DNA of 64,000 nt from contig OX597822.1 of NCBI GenBank assembly GCA_951406725.2, forward strand, positions 116,870,001 to 116,934,000. The letters run 5' to 3'. Of the stretch, positions 11,668 to 25,257 are shown one piece after another (the stretch's first letter is position 1; the number at the start of each line of letters is the position of its first letter). The notes below the pieces were generated by a model. It saw only the letters and a list, made by a program, of their open reading frames with translations. It ran no database searches and was not told the DNA's origin. Source of the stretch: Octopus vulgaris (Eukaryota). The translations under genes and the position numbers were made by a program.

Positions 11668-11884
11668 TACGAGGGGCTGCTGAAAAGTTCCTGGTTTTTA
11701 AGGTATTGTGGAAGGCCTGGTTGGAAGGCCAACCTTCCAAGTTCTTTTACAGGGCTTAGAAAAACTGAAGGATTGCTGCAATAAGTGTGTGAATCTGAGA
11801 GGGGAATATGTTGAATGAAATCATAACTGATCCTCTTGTATTTTTTTTTACCCAAAGCCAGGAACTTTCCAGCATCCCTTTGCA
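11668..11884. mobile_element. Tc1/mariner-type MITE
   Basis: TIRs (ta)cgaggggctgctgaaaagttcctgg / ccaggaactttccagcatccctt; paralogue at 22691-22904. Confidence 0.75.
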
Positions 11885-14134
11885 GGTTTGCTGATACTTT
11901 TCTCAGAACACATTTAGAGGGGAGTTAACTTTGACTTTCATCTTTCTACAACCAGCCAAACACTGGAGCACTCACTTTCTCACTCTCTTTAATGCCCCAA
12001 AAATATTTATCTTGTTTCTAAAAAAAAAAAAAAAAATAATAAAAAAGAGGTAATTATTGTGTTAAATGTTTCCCTAAACCACTGAATAAGAACCAGTTTT
12101 CAAATAACATGACAAACCTTTTGTTGACATTTACGTAATAATTGTTACATCAGCAGACTTAAGTATGACACTTATTTTATTTTTTTAAAGACTTAGAGTT
12201 TCAGCTTTCTAACAATTGACAGAATGTAAATTGTAGCTGCACCATTTCTGTGTGTTCTTGGAGAACTGAGGCATTTCCTGATAACTACTGCATCACATTC
12301 TCTTGAAAGCTAACAACTGTATGAATGTTTTAATCTATCTATTATACTTACTGTATAGTCATCATTGTCATCCTTTAACAACCCTTTTCCATGCTAGCAT
12401 GAGTTGGACGGTTTGACCGGGGTCTGGGAAGCCAGGAGGCTACACCAGGTTCCAGTCTGATTTGGCAATGGCTTCTACGGCTGGATGCTTTTCCTAATGC
12501 CAACCACTTTACAGTGTGTGCTGGGTGATTTCTATGTGGCACTGGCATGGGTGCTATTACATGGTGTTGGCATGGATACATTTTTTGTGGCACCAGCACA
12601 GGACTCTTGGAAAGCCAATCCTCTTCAGCAAAGGGATCAACATTAACACTTCTGCTGTGGAGAATGGGTCTTCTGGAGTATAGCAAGGCACCAAATATCT
12701 TGGTTCTTTGTCATCTCTTTCATAAGGTTCAGTGTCCTGAGATTGTCCTTCAGTACTTCATCCCATGTGTTCTAGGTGAGGGGGGGGTCTCCCTCTTCCA
12801 AAGCCTGAAATTTGTTGGGAGGATGCTCTTGTTGATTACATCAGCCCCAGTGTTCAAATGCTGCTTATCTTATCAATCCCAAAAGGATAAAAAGGCAAAG
12901 TTAATCTTACTGGAATTTGAACTCAAGACATAAAATCTGAAGAAATGTCACTAAGCATTTTGTCCAAAGCGCTAAGGATTCTGACAGCTGAGTGTTAAGG
13001 ATTCTGACAGCCGAGTCCTTCGGTAATGATGTATAATCACAATATTACAGAGTGTAAACAAGACCTTGACATACACTGTATTATCATCACAGTTTCAATG
13101 CCCACTTTGCCATGCTTGCAAGGGTCAAACGGAATTAATAGACAGACTTTTCTATAGTTAGATGCCCTTCCTGTTGCCAACCCTCGTGTGTTTCCAAACA
13201 AGATAATATTTTACCCATGGCCACATATGTTTTGATGGAAAGGCTGAAAATGAAGAACACCTTTCATATGACAATGACACTCATTTACAATTAATATGCA
13301 GTATCAAGACAAGGCTACACACACACACACATAGACACACACGTGTGTGTGTGTGCATGACGAGTGTCTTTCATTTTCTGTCAACCAAATCCATTTACAT
13401 CTTTGCTCAACTCAGGGCTGCAGTAGAAGACACTTCCTTAAGGTGCCACACAGTGAAACTGAACTCAAAAGCACATGGTTGAGAAACAAACATCTTAACC
13501 ACACAGCCATGCTTACACCCATCAACTCACTAAGCTTTGGTTGACCCAGGGTTTTGTGTAGAAGATACTGAATCTGAAACCACATGGTTGGGAAGTGAAC
13601 TTCTGTACCACAAAGACATACTTGTACTTAAGATAAACTTCTAAAAGCAAAAAAAAAAAAAGTCTAGCCTGAACACAGACTGTTTAATCTGGCAAACCAA
13701 ACCCAAACAAATATTTTTGATCCTAGCTGATGCTTAACAAAATCCCCATAAATTTACATTACTTCGTCCTTTATGAATTTGTCAACATACAACAGCAAGA
13801 AGCCAAAACGTTTAGGGCTGTTTTTATTTTACTTTGCTTTGCTTCTAACCAGTCTGTCCAAGAGCAGGGTTGAGCAGGACATGTGTTATAAGCCACAAAT
13901 CCTAATGTATAGTGTTTCATGGGTATGTAGTGAAGAACCTTGCTTTGTAACCATGTAGTTTCAGGTTCAGTCCTACTCAGCAGCACCTTGGGCCAGTGTC
14001 TTCTACAGAGATTTATACTTGGGTGTTACGTATTGCAAAAAGGGGCCTTGAGAGATCTTTGGCAACAAGTTTGCTGTCTGCTCTTACAGAATCAACCAGA
14101 GCAAGTACAGTCAGTACAAGAAGTAAAATGGTAA

Positions 14135-15780
14135 GAATAATAATCCATTCTGTAGGCACAAGGCCTGAAATCTTTAAGGTAGGAGCTAATTGATTACTTC
14201 AACCCTAGGGCTCAACTGGGACTTAATTTACCGATCCCGAAAGGATGGGAAGCAATATCAACCATCACAGAATTTCAACTTAGAATGCAAACACAGATGA
14301 AAAGACATTAAAGCATTTTATCTAGTATGTCAACGATTCTGCCAGCTTGCTGTTTTAATAATAATAATGGTTTCAAATTTTGGCACAAGGCCAGCAATTG
14401 GGAGATAGAAGTACAAGTTGATTACATTAACCACAGTTCTCAACTGGTACTCATCAATCCAGAATGGAGAAAGTTGACCTCGGCAGAATTTGAACTCACA
14501 ATTTGAAGACAGACAAAATACTGCTGTTTTGTCAAGCGTGCTAATGATTCTACCAGCTTGAATAATAATAATAATAATGGTTTCTAATTTAGGCACAAGG
14601 CCAGCAATTTCGAGGGGAGGGGGTTTCAGCTGATACAACTAACCTCAGTACTTAACAGGTATTTCATTTTACTGACCCTGGAAGGATGAAATATAAAGTT
14701 GACTTCAGGGAGATTTGAACTTGAAACAGAAAAGTCTGATGAAATGCCACCAAGAATTTATTCCGACACTCTAACAATTCATTCACCAATGATTTTTATT
14801 ATTACCTACAAAGGGGCAATATATAGAGGACAACATATAAAAGGACGAAATAACTCACAAAATGTAAGGTTTCAATCAAAAGGAAAACTAGCAAGGCACG
14901 GCTGTGTGGCAAGAAGCTTGCTTCCCAACCACATGGTTCCGGGTTCAGTTCCCAATGACTGGAAGCTTGGGGAAGTGTCTTCTACTATAGCTTCAGCCCA
15001 ACCAAAGCCTTATGAATGGATTTGGTAGATGGAAACTGAAAGAAGCCTGTCATATGAGTGTATGTGTGTCTGTGTGTGTCCTACCAACACTTCACAACCG
15101 GTGTCAGTGTGTTTACGTCCCTGTAACCTAGCAGTTCGGCAAAAACAGCTGATACAATAAGAATCAGGCTTTGAAAAAAAAAAGCACTGGAGTTGATTTA
15201 TTGGACTAAAAATTTTCCAAGGTGGTGCATGGTTTCAATCTAATGATAAAAATAAAATATAAAATGAAAGATAAAAATACAAAAATAAAATGATAATAAT
15301 AAGGACTTCAAATTTTGGTACAAAGCCAGCAATTTTAAAAGGAGGGGATTCGCCAATACCATTGATGCCAGTGCTCAACTGGTACCTTATTTTATCAACC
15401 CCGAGAGAATGAAACGTGAAGTCCAACCCGACAGAATTTGAACTTGTGTGGGAAGAATAATAATCCATTCTTTAGGCACAAGGCCTGAAATCTTTCAGGT
15501 AGGAGCTAGTTAATTACGTCAACCCCTAGGGCTCAACTGGGACTTAATTTACCGATCCCAAAAGGATGGGAAGCAAAGTCAACCATGACAGAATTTCAAC
15601 TTTGAATGCAAACACAGTTGTTCCACTTCATCGACCTCAGTGCCCAACTCGTACTGTTTATCAACGACCCGGAAAAGATGAAAGGATAAGTTTTGAACTC
15701 AAAACATAAAAGGCTTACAGAAATGCCGCCAAGCATTTCGTTTAACGAACTAACAATTTTGCAGGCTTGCCAATAATAAC
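14135..15780 (-). mobile_element. Cluster of same-orientation SINE-B copies separated by (AAT)n, with one SINE-A insertion (~14890-15250)
   Basis: Repeated gaaaggatg...gaatttgaact motifs. Confidence 0.8.
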
Positions 15781-16299
15781 AAAAATGTGTTGTTTTCTTT
15801 TTTGGTTAATTGTTTCCTCTTCACCCACGCAAAGAAAAACAGAAACCTATTTGCGAAAAGAAAAAAAAAAGGCGAAAAAACAATTTCCACGTGGTCTGGC
15901 AGAGAGTTGCATGAACTAACGAAGCAGCCAATATTTAATAGCTTGACTTGCTAAAAATAGTAGCCAAATCTCTCTCACATCACACCCAACTGTTTTAAGA
16001 ACATACACAACTGTGTAATAATAGATATACAAAATAAATGATAACATGATCATAGCTGAAATACCTTTGATCACAGGCCTGCTCGCTCAGGGGTAGCCTA
16101 GGGCTAAACACTACCTATTACAGAATTATAGATGCATGAAGAACATAAGTCCACACGAGATCAAGAAAGATGCTTCTACGTAGAAGCTTGAAGGGCTAGA
16201 AATAACAGCTAAATATCCTTTAAATTACACCCAAACGGTCTGTCTAAAATACGGGTAGCACACATCATTGCATAACATAATTTTACTCTATGTTAACAC

Positions 16300-16384
<85 letters not shown>

Positions 16385-16645
16385 TACACACACGGGATAC
16401 GTCATTATCGTAACGCCTGAATTATGGTTGTTAAGCAAAAATAAAACATGACAACAAAAATTACAGATAGACGAAAAAGAAAGTAAAGAATGTTCCTTTA
16501 AACCAAGTAAAAGCAACAGAATGGTAAAAGATATTTACAGCCGTGATGAAATAAAAGACGAGTCCCTCCTCACCCTGTACACCCAGAAAATTTCATCATT
16601 TCTATTACAATACACATACATACATGCACACAAATATATATATAT

Positions 16646-16689
<44 letters not shown>

Positions 16690-16862
16690 CTAAGAGAAAA
16701 GCACGTGGATTATAAAAATAGGTCAGCATAATATAGCGATTTGTAAGTGGATTCTCTTGTAGCATCATCCCCCGCACAACAGCTTCCATTAAGGTGATAA
16801 GTGCGCGTGTATATATGTATTAGAGATTTTGAAATGTGCAATCAAATCTCTCTCTCTCTCTC

Positions 16863-16897
<35 letters not shown>

Positions 16898-17320
16898 GCA
16901 TGCATGGAGAGAAAGAGAGTACATTTAATCTCCACCCGGGATGAAACTGCTAGTCACCGAAGGGCATTGAACTTTTCCAATTACTACAATAAAACTCTTA
17001 CGCTGGAATTAAACTCATTTCTCTCCTTCAGATAAATTTATCTTGTACATGTATCAAAGTAAGCATTTGTAAGTGCTTGCATGTATGTATTCACATGCAC
17101 GCATGACCATTCATACACACGTGCGCGTGTTCATATATATATATATACAAATTGAGACAGGGGTTGCAAATTCAACCCTCCATGGGATACCATATATCCA
17201 ATATACTGCTAGTGAAGCACCCAACAAAGTTAATACATAAATGTTAAGAATTGCGATGCAATTAATTCATTTACTGTATTATATGGGCAACGGTAAAATT
17301 ATTTTTACCATAAATTAATA

Positions 17321-17866
17321 ATACAAAATCAGAAAATGGAGAAATACATCCAAATCATTAATCAACTACCAGATAATACCCAATCACATACTTTATTGAA
17401 CCACTACATAAGAACATTAATGTTAAACAAAACAGCGTACATGGATGAGTAATACAATACAATAGGTACAATCATTATAAGAGGATATAAATAAATAAAT
17501 ATAAATATAAATCTACACTATATCTTACAGCTGTTTCGGCCATGCAGATAAATATGGCTCATTTTACCTATATTAGCCATTTATAGTATGCCAATATGGA
17601 GTTAAGAATGAGACATTTACAAACATATTTTAAGGCCTCTTCGGAGATTCTAAAGTGTAGATTTATATTTATATCTATTTATATTTATTTATTTATTTAT
17701 ATCCTCTTATAATGATTGTACCTATTGTATTGTATTACTCATCCATGTACACTGTTTTGTTTAACATTAATGTTCTTATGTAGTGGTTCAATAAAGTATG
17801 TGATTGGGTATTATCTGATAGTTGATTAATGATTTAGATGTATTTCTCCATTTTCTGATTTTGTAT
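17321..17866. mobile_element. Fold-back element: ~200 bp inverted arms enclosing a hammerhead motif
   Basis: 17321-17519 is the reverse complement of 17654-17866 with few mismatches. Confidence 0.85.
17522..17648 (-). ncRNA. Type I hammerhead motif with large helix II loop
   Basis: Minus strand reads atct-CCGAAGA-ggcc...(~93 nt)...ggcc-GAAAC-agct-GTA-agat (U4>C). Confidence 0.7.
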
Positions 17867-18169
17867 ACATATATATATTTATTTATTTAGTTAACTAGAA
17901 AATCTGGTCTTCAAACTGAAAAGATCCATATATATTTTACTCTACCGATAAGGTGAGATCAACACACACACACACACTCACACATATATAGCGCGCGCAC
18001 GAGAGAGAGAGAGAGAGAGAGGGGGGAGAACGGCGCAAGGTCAGTATTTGATGGGTATTTCCTTTAATTGACCAATGAAAGGTTGAGAGGCAAAACTTGA
18101 CTTCGACGAGATTGTGTGTGTGCGCGCTAATGTATGTGTGCAAATACATATATATATATCACACGTGAT

Positions 18170-18233
<64 letters not shown>

Positions 18234-19413
18234 CACTATAGAATCAGGACGTATGAGTGAATACATATTAATTTAACCCCGTAATTTCTATAGGGCTACG
18301 GCCGTTTCGCAACCTTCTTGTATCAATTTCACCTCTCATACTTCTTGACTTAACGGTTTTATATCTTACTTAGGAAATAATTGTATCAATCGGGTCTTCT
18401 AGATTTCCAGTTACATGGTCACTCTACATTATACTTCTCCGTATTATATTACTATGTGGACTGTTAGCCGAGTCCGTAAGTGGAGCTTGTTGTGATAACC
18501 ACACGACTCTCTGAATTCATATCTTAAACTAAACCTTATGTACTACGCCTGCAGTACATAGCACAGGTCAGATGTTGTGCAATCATTATCAATGTGTGGA
18601 ATGCGCCTCTTCAGGTGATTGTTTGAATAAGTTCCTAGTTACATCTTCTTGTCATTTCACTCAGTCTGATAATGTATACCCAAAGTGATGTGTCCTCTGA
18701 AGCACTTTATAGACAAAACTGAGGACGAGCTTTGCACAGCATTCTACAAGGTTTTCACCCGAGTCTCAATTAACTTATATATATCCTGGATACACCCCAG
18801 CCTTTCGTCCACAGGTTCGCTGCCTCTTCTTTGTATCGCAACTATAATGGCCTCAGATCTGGCTGGCTGGCTCGTTTCGTACTTGTCTCACTCCAGCAGC
18901 CTTGCCCTCTGGTCTTTCCACCGCTCGTCACCCTCGTTGCGTCCACCACCACCCTTTCCCAAATATGAACCACAAATTCCCAATCCTTCTTTTCCAGACC
19001 ATCCACCTTCTGGAACATCCTTTCCGTCAAACTCTCTCTCTCTGAGTAGAACAAATTCAGGCGGACACTAATGACACCGCTCCACAAAAGTAATGAACTT
19101 CTAGCATGTTAATTTAAATGCCTATTCCGAAAATATGAAATAAATGGAAAGTGTGTGTCACGAGGAGGGAGAAGATAGATTGAGAGAGGGCGAGAGAAAT
19201 CTTCGTTGATAATTGTGTTCAAAAGGTAGCTTACACATGGTCCTTCAACTTCAAGTAATTAACAGCCAAAACTCATAAGAATCTGTTACAAATTTAAGCT
19301 ATATTTGACTTATATCGTTCCTGAAATACAAACTGTAAGATCCTCATGTCTAAAACTTATTTCATCATAGATTTTTTTCGACTGTGTCTGGTCCGATAGA
19401 CGACAACAAAGTT

Positions 19414-19610
19414 TACCGTATTTGATGGCATAAAGGACGCGTAGGCGTATTTGGCGCACCCCAATTTCAGCAGCTCATATTCAGAAAAGAAAAGTTTCTA
19501 GAGCATTAAAGCATGTAACATAAGCCCAACTTCGCATATAAGACGATGGCGATTACTTACTAAACTTTTTTTATTGAGAAAAAATGTGCATCTTATATGC
19601 TATCAAATGA
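19414..19610. mobile_element. Degenerate pogo/Tc2-like MITE
   Basis: taccgtatttgatggcataaaggacgc / gcatcttatatgctatcaaat inverted ends. Confidence 0.5.
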
Positions 19611-20086
19611 GCCAAATGAGGGAAGTGCTCTGTCAGGGAACGCAAGCTGCTAATTATAACCGTTAAATCTCTCTCAACTCACAACCAACAGATTAAGTAT
19701 AACGTGCAGTGGAAAATCACCAGGTGGGCGGTGTATCTGGCTGTATGTGGAAAATGTAGACAGTATTAACACTGTATAATGTACAAGTGTTTCTTGAGAC
19801 TTGCAAGCATCAATTACAAGCACAAAAGCCAGTTACGAGAACAAATGCACCGGTTTCCATTCATCGGCATCAGTCAGCAAAAACACGCAAAGTTGGTTCT
19901 TTTGCGGAGTAATACCGACGATTGGGAATGGCAGCATTTGTTCACGTAACTGGCTTTCATGCTCACATGATTGACGTCTGTCAATCTCACGAAACACGTG
20001 TACGATTATATAAAGCATTAATACTGACTACGTTCTCTGAGTTTATATGTATGTAGAGAGAGGTATAGATTTATAGCAAGCGTGGC

Positions 20087-20206
20087 AAGAGAATTTTACG
20101 AAGCGTTATACATTTGCAATAGTTGGTCATACATACATTATATATATATATATATATATATTACCAACTATTGCAAATGTCGTATAACGCTTCATAATAT
20201 TCTCTT
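20087..20206. repeat. ~40 bp inverted repeat around a (TA)n loop
   Basis: gaagcgttatacatttgcaatagttggt / accaactattgcaaatgtcgtataacgcttc. Confidence 0.8.
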
Positions 20207-21011
20207 CGTGTCATATATTTATATATATAATGAACAATGAGAAAGAGTGCTCCACACTGCATTAGTGAATAAAGATTCTCTATTCGTGTATCAAGGCTAC
20301 CATTGGTTTCATGTCAAGGAATACATTAACAATTATCAAGCTTAATACATGGAACATCGGTGTTCGTATCCATTTGGGATTAAAACACGGAAAGTCACAA
20401 TTGTCGGTTTTCCTTAACATGAAACTGATGGTAGCCTTAATACACAAAATACGTATGTATGTATGTATGTATAAGCTATAGGATTTTGTATAAGAACCTT
20501 CTACTACAATCCCGGTCAACTGATGCCTTGTGAAATTTGATAGACAAGAAACTGCATGGAAGCCCGTAATATGTGCGCATGTGTATTTCCGCGTCTTCAT
20601 ACAATCATCTCTGTATGAAAACAGTGTTAGTGCTCAGGTCTCTCACAAACAATTTGTCGGTGGGTTTGCTGTGTTTGAAGGAGGACCAGTGGAATTAAAT
20701 GTGAATGACAGCAACAGGTTCCAGTCTGTCACAACAGACCCCATACAATCCATATCAGCATGGGGAAAAGATGTAAAAGACATTATAAGGATGTATATTC
20801 ATTACACACACACATGCATACAATGTGTGTGTGTGTGCAGGCGCAGGAGTGCTGCATGGTAAAAAGTTTGCTTCCCAACCACATGGTTCCGGGTTCAGTC
20901 CCACTGCATGACACAAGCACAAGTGTCTTCTACGATAGTCTCAGGCCGTCCAAAGCTTTGTGAGTGAATTTGGTAGACGGAAACCGAAAAAGAGCCGCAT
21001 ACATGTTTGTA

Positions 21012-21412
21012 TACTCTTTACTCTTTTATTTGTTTCAGTCATTTGACTGCGGCCATGCTGGAGCACCGCCTTTAGTCGAGCAAATCGACCCCGGGACTAT
21101 TTTATTGTAAGCCCAGTACTTATTCTATCGGTCTCTTTTGCCGAACCGCTAGGTAACGGGGACATAAACACACCAGTATCGGTTGTCAAGCAATGCTAGG
21201 GGGACAAACACAAACACACACACACACATATATATATATACATATATACGACAGGCTTCTTTCAGTTTCCGTCTACCAAATCCATTCACAAGGCTTTGGT
21301 CGGCCCGAGGCTATAGCAGAAGACACTTGCCCAAGATGCCACGCAGTGGGACTGAACCCGGAACCATGTGGTTGGTAAGCAAGCTACTAACCATACAGCC
21401 ACTCCTGCGCCT
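21012..21412 (-). mobile_element. Full-length young SINE family A (similar copies ~33095-33505, 35318-35640, 37570-37980, 42866-43320)
   Basis: tRNA-like head, CORE-like block, internal (TA)/(TG) tract, tail gcatggccgcagtcaaatgactgaaaca. Confidence 0.9.
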
Positions 21413-22690
21413 ATGTTTTCTTTGGGTTTTATTTAAGTTCTTCTTGAGAGACACCAAGCCGATCACTAACAAAGCAGCAAGATTTTTTGAGTTAAGAGAG
21501 TTCCTGGTTCTTGTATATATGTGATTGAGCTGTCGATGTACACCCAAGTGTGTGCATCTATGCACCTAAAGAATATCAGATGGAGAATATCTGGAATATC
21601 CCACAAATCTTCACCGTGCAACAAATCGCAGTCCAATGATTGAACCAAGTAAACAGTAAAAGGTGTGCAAATATAAATTGTGTAAATTGTGTGCGCGCAT
21701 GACGGAAATGTAATTGCATTGCACGTGTTATGTATATATATAATTTATATAACAAATAAGAAAAATGGTAAAATATTTCTTTACCTTCACCCATTTAATA
21801 CAATAAGTAAGTTTTTTGCATTGCAATTAAAAACACTTGTGTATTAATAATTTGGATATTATACCAATAGTATATTGGATAAGTATTATCCCTTAGTGGG
21901 TTGGATCCACAACCCCTAACTTACTTGGCGTATATATATATGTGCGTATGTATGTATATATGGGACTACATTGTGTAATATGTACTTCCTTTCGTACTAC
22001 ATTACAGCATGATTTGAGTGAGATCTGGCTGCTATCTCTAGCAGAATGCGCGACAACGCAGGAGGCAGTGTCGGTAAGTGTAGGCGTATAACAACAACAA
22101 CAACATTCGCACAATATATAAAGTAACATGGCAAACATTGACAGAGGCTTACAGCCGCGATAAATGTTTACTTACAAATCAGAAGGATAATAGGAATAAT
22201 GATCTCATTATACAACCTATTTCAATATGATACTAATATGAATGACGATGTTAATAATACTAACGGTTGCTTCGTTTTCTAAAGGCTGCCACACCACGTG
22301 GAGACAATAGACGAACGAGCGACTGCAACAAGCACCGACTTGTCTGCCTACCTATGTTGATAGAACCGTGCTGCGTGTACGGTGGGATGCATCGTCAGTG
22401 ATGTTTCTGGGGTCCCAGTGGGGGCTTTGGGTCTTTCAACATCAGGCTCCCTCGCCCGGTTGACCCAGCTGGGTTTGATCAAGTCTCAGCTTGTATCCCC
22501 CCAGCAGCAGTAAACAACTGAGATCTTATTATATCAGCAAGTTTCGTGCACGGGTACTTGCTTCGTGCTCGGGTACTTATAAGAGCCACACGCTACGAAA
22601 TTCTTAGCTTTTGAGTCACTTCGTAACTTCCGTGATTATCTAAAACAATTTTATTCAGCTATATGTGTGCATACATATATATATATATCA

Positions 22691-22904
22691 CACGAGGGGG
22701 TGCTGAAAAGTTCTTGGCTTTAAGGGTGCCGCGAAAGGCCTGGTTGAGGCCCAACCTTCCGAGTTCTAATACAGGGCTTAGAAAAACTGAAGGACCACTG
22801 CAATAAGTGTGTGAACCTGCGAGGGGAACATATTGAATAATTAACTGATCCTCCTATGTTGTTTTTATATCCAAAACAAGGAACTTTTCAGTACCAACCT
22901 CGTA
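22691..22904. mobile_element. Tc1/mariner-type MITE
   Basis: cgagggggtgctgaaaagttc / gaacttttcagtaccaacctcg(ta); same internal sequence as 11668-11884. Confidence 0.75.
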
Positions 22905-23354
22905 TATATTTACAGCTAGATCGGATCTTTCCAATCTCAGTCACAGATTTTTTTATTAATTTTTTTTAAAGCAGTTTGAAAGTTCGGATACTGTTTGAAT
23001 GTTAAAAAAAAAGGTTAATAAATAAATCTGACTGTGATTAAAAAGATCCGCTAGATAAAATTAAGTATTGGCCAGGGACTTCGATTCGAGGTTACTGCCA
23101 ATAATATTCTTTTAGAATAAATTTGTACTCTATAAAAGTGTAGAATAACCCATCAAATTAATGTAAACAAATTTTTATTATATCTGAACATAAAAACTAA
23201 GCATTTGTATGTTCATGTCTCGTATCAAGACAGACAGAGGAACGGATGGACGGACGAATGTACCTGCAGGCATTGCTTGTTTTAGGAATTCGTTCATGTA
23301 CTGTCTCCACCTGATGGACCCTTAGAAAATAAGGGAACCGTTGTTGTTGTTATT

Positions 23355-23550
23355 AAAGGCGGTGAACTGGCAGAGTCGTCAGCACACTGGACGAAACGCT
23401 TAGCAGTATGTCGCCCGTAGCTACGTTCCGAGTTCGAATTCCGCTGAGGTCGACTTTGCTCTTCATCCTTTCAAGGTCGATAAAATAAGTACCAGTAATC
23501 GACTCATGCCAACCTCGCCCAAAGCTGCCCTTGTGACAAAAATTTGAAAT
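23355..23550 (+). mobile_element. SINE family B (further copies ~24710-24925, 27620-27840, 36995-37215, 48090-48485, 61278-61450)
   Basis: aaggcggtgaactggcagag...gagttcgaattcc B box...ttcatcctttc...gtcgataaaataagtaccag. Confidence 0.85.
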
Positions 23551-23616
23551 AATAATAATTATTATTATTATAAGTAGGTCAAAGGCGACGAGTTGGCATG
23601 TGTGTTTATACACGTA

Positions 23617-23673
<57 letters not shown>

Positions 23674-25257
23674 GATCTATCCTACAGAATAGCGAAGGAA
23701 GCTGGGAACGTCTTCTCCGAGGAGCGTTCAACAACTATAAAACTTTCAGTCAGGAAACTCCCTCCTTTTTTCTTTTTCTTGCACATCAAAAGAATGAAGA
23801 GAATTCTTTCACATTCTTATTTAATCTTACAGCGAAGCTTTATAACATTCAGGTTTATTTCAGTTCTGACTCTGGTTTGCGTCCTGTGATTTGTACATAC
23901 AACTGTAGGTGCGTGTGTGGAGGGGCATGTGTATGTATGTAGTAGAAGAAGAAGTCAACAATAATTAATCCCTTCTACAACAGGTTCAGGACCTGATTTG
24001 GGGGTTGAGTATTCCGGTTGATTACATCAACCCCCGTACATTCAACTGGTACCGATTCCATCAACCTCGAAAAGGATAAACGGCAAAGTCAACTTGGATG
24101 GAATTTGTACAATATCAACAATAATGACATTAATAAATAGAAAACTGTAAACACGTATATTATATAATATAAATTTTTTTTAAATGAATATAGGGCAAGA
24201 AACAACAGGTGAGTTTGAAGGCCATTTTTACCTGCTAAAGCAGGAGTTCGGCTTCTGAGCCCCCTTCACAGTCTCTTCTGTTAGAAGTGCAACCATATAT
24301 AGTTATTCGAGCAGCACCATCACATGCAATCCCAGCTTACCTGAACGAGGGAGCATCTTCGTGCTCGCTCGAATACTAGAAATAATAACCAAAACTCCAT
24401 CGAATCGTACCGTCCTACTGTATTAAATAAAAGATATTTATTGAACAAATTAATCCTCGTAGACAGAAAGAGATAGAGGGATACAGTTGGAGCAGATTCC
24501 ATCTTAGGGCTGTTCGATCAAAGCTGACCTTGGGACCAAAAGCAAATGATGTGATATTGAGACACGCGGCGTCAAATGTGAGGCCCTAGTACTCACTTTA
24601 TCGACCCCAAAGGAATGAAGAACAATGTCAACCTGCACATGGTAAAAGGTAAACAACACTGCAAAGCATTTTCTCCGTCACTTTATCAATTCTGCTAATA
24701 ATAATATTAATAATTCTTTCTCGTTTTGGCACAAAATCAGCAATTTTGAAAGGAGAGGGTCAGTCGATTACAGCAATTCCATTACTTGACTGGTACTTTA
24801 TTTTATCGATCCCGAAAGGATGAAAGACAAAGTCGACTTCGGCGGAATTTGAACTCAGAACATAAGGAGTCGGAAGAAATACTGCTAAGCATTTGATCCG
24901 ATGAGCTAACAATTCTGCCAGCCTCTCACCGAGGTTCAAAGCCACGCATTTTGGGAGGTACGGTTTAAATTGGAAATTAAACCGTACCTTCCTCTTCCCA
25001 GTCCCCAACTGGTACCTTATTATTTTTATCGTACCCAGAAGAATGTAATAACGATTTTTTGCAACTTGGACGAGAAATGTAACTAAATTCATTGACCTGA
25101 AAAGTATTTTTATTTTATCGGACCCCAGGAAAATGAGATGCAAAGCCAACCTGGAGGTGATTTGATCACGAAATGTTAAGAGAATTAAATGTAAATGTAT
25201 TTATTTAGCCTGGCGCTCTACTGGTTCTGTCTTATGTCGGATCTAATCCCAGTCATC

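Noticed and set aside
16925-16960. GAAAC-tgcta-GTC after a small hairpin
   Set aside because: The CUGANGA half is missing.
19844-19871. Minus-strand CCGATGA-atg-GAAAC-cg-GTG
   Set aside because: No helix II and two core deviations; may be chance.
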